Of a stretch of 64,000 nt of DNA, positions 62,751 to 64,000 are shown one piece after another. The notes beneath the pieces were generated by a model. That model had not been told where the DNA came from. It did no database searches and worked only from the letters and a program-made list of their open reading frames with translations. Source of the DNA: an uncultured Alphaproteobacteria bacterium (GTDB lineage Bacteria > Pseudomonadota > Alphaproteobacteria > Acetobacterales > Acetobacteraceae); contig CAVWQV010000001.1 in assembly GCA_963757115.1 (NCBI GenBank), forward strand, positions 127,901 through 191,900, given 5' to 3'. The translations under genes and the position numbers were made by a program. How positions within the stretch are numbered: position 1 is the stretch's first letter; every line of letters begins with the position of its first letter.

Positions 62751-63020
62751 ATGCATAGCAAAGTTTTGGACTTGGCCGTGTTCGGTTGTCGACTACGGAG
62801 CCTCCGGGTGGCTTACGCGGCCGCGATCGACATGGCCGATCTCAGCGCGGCTGAGTTCGCTCGGATGCTCGCGATCGCGCCACTCGATTACGAGGCTTTT
62901 GAGGGCGGCGTGCGCGAGCCGTCGATCTCCGTACTGTTGCTGCTGCACCGAAAGACGGGGGTCAGCCTCGACTGGCTTGTCGCGCATGATGGCAGCCAAG
63001 CGGCTGGCCTGACCGCCTGA
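62751..63020 (+). CDS. small helix-turn-helix (XRE-like) protein
   Basis: 89 aa: ...RLRSLRVAYAAAIDMADLSAAEFARMLAIAPLDYEAFEGGVREPSISVLLLL... Confidence 0.45.
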   Translation: MHSKVLDLAVFGCRLRSLRVAYAAAIDMADLSAAEFARMLAIAPLDYEAFEGGVREPSISVLLLLHRKTGVSLDWLVAHDGSQAAGLTA

Positions 63021-63043
63021 GTGTCCTTTGGACGTGGCGTTGG

Positions 63044-63959
63044 TCAGCGCGCGTCCGGCCCTGCGAGCCGGCGGGCGTGGACAACCGTGTCGTGGTCGGG
63101 CGCGTCCAGGTCGCTCCCCTCGCCGATGAAGACGTCGATCGCGCCCGGTCGGGTGGACGGCCCGGGTGGCGTGAGCTCGACTCCTAAGCCTTTCAGGGTG
63201 TCACCAAGCCGGCTCCGCACCGCTTCCGCAACGGCGCGGTCAGGGGCGAAGTAGACCCGGATCGACGATCGCTCCAGACGAGTGGATAGAATAGGGTTGC
63301 TGGTCGCGATACCTGCGTCGCGCATCCGCTCCACTGCCTCTGCCGCGCGAAACACAGTCGCGGCTCCCGCTGCAAAGTAGACAGTAACGGTGGGGATCGC
63401 CAAAACCGGGAGATCCGTCAACGACGTAACGGGTGGTGGAGACGGGGAGGCCGCGACGGCCGGCGGGGGTGCAGCCGATGCCGCCGGAGGATCAATCGAC
63501 ATCTGAGCCGGGAGCTTGCGTTGCCGGCAACGGTTCGAACCGCGCCGAAGCAGATGGCAGGACGGGTGGGGCGAACACGGCTGGGGTGTTGGCGGGAGGC
63601 AGCGTCGTCACGGCCGCTGCCAGCGTGGGCGGAGGTGAAGCCCGCTCCGACGGCCAAAGGATCAGCGCCGCCGAGGCGACTACGAGCAAAGCCCCAAATG
63701 CGGTCGCAACCGTGGTGGCCGGCCGGCGGCGCAGGAGCAAGAACGGCCTTGGTTGCGCCGACAGGCCGCCTCCGAGCTGGACGATGGGAATTCGTGATGC
63801 CGGCTGCCTGCAGTCGTTTGACTGCCGCAGGCCGAGCGGCAAGCACGCAGAACAGCCCGGGATGGACGACCAAGCGCCGAAGCAGCAAGTCGGATATCTG
63901 ACCCGCCTCATCGACGAGGAGGATGCTAGGGCCGCCCGGAAGCAGAACCTCGTCCCCAC
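63044..63959 (-). CDS. hypothetical Pro/Ala-rich membrane-anchored protein(s): two ORFs overlapping by 11 nt, or one frameshifted gene
   Basis: ORF 63492..63959 (TM: ALLVVASAALILWP, then P/A-rich) and ORF 63044..63502 (MSIDPPAASAAPPPAVAASPSPPPV...) join at ATGTCGATTGA. Confidence 0.3.
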
Positions 63960-64000
63960 GCCGGGCGAATTGCACGAACTGGCCGGCCGCGGTGAAACTC

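Overview
This 64-kb window is a high-GC (about 68-70%) bacterial chromosomal segment. Gene content and order look alphaproteobacterial: a complex-I NDUFS4-like gene between tRNA-Pro and tRNA-Arg, divergent trxB/lrp, CoxG/D/E-XdhC accessory genes, and hyuAB. I can support about 60 genes. In order they are: a partial acyl-CoA synthetase, a family-III CoA-transferase, chrA, an MFS-type tripartite efflux operon (emrB-like, emrA-like, outer membrane factor), a CHAP-domain protein, RidA, an amidase, an outer-membrane barrel protein, a TetR regulator with a divergent MFS pump and palindromic operator, an unknown 509-aa membrane protein, an ATP-grasp-like protein, and a Mo-cofactor maturation cluster (MoeA-like/MocA fusion, two XdhC-family proteins, coxE, coxD, coxG) with no catalytic subunit genes. 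These are followed by a Na+/H+ antiporter-like gene, a methylisocitrate-lyase-like gene, a DAD-type cupin, a heavy-metal P1B-ATPase followed by three SPFH (HflK/HflC-like) membrane proteins (one with a His-rich N-terminus), a secreted metallophosphoesterase, an OFA-family MFS transporter, acuC, a DUF192 protein, a ClpP/S49-like periplasmic protein with Cys-containing tandem repeats, the two tRNAs, a KirBac-type K+ channel, degP, ackA, a LysR regulator, trxB, lrp, a GT39 glycosyltransferase, motB-motA in inverted order, an L-fuconate-type sugar-acid module (ACS-family MFS, FAH hydrolase, fuconate dehydratase), and an acyl-CoA synthetase divergent from hyuA-hyuB plus a class-III aminotransferase. 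There is no CRISPR array and no transposase or integrase. The dominant anomaly is that at least 15 genes are interrupted by apparent frameshifts, about 25 events in total: consecutive pieces of one protein appear in different frames of the ORF track. Either the assembly carries indel errors or the locus has many real pseudogenes. This limits every call. Coordinates follow the ORF track. My own base counting of the printed sequence differed from the track by 1 nt in places, so hand-derived RNA and motif coordinates may be off by 1-2 nt. There are no database hits behind these calls: everything is inferred from motifs I recognise in the translated ORFs.
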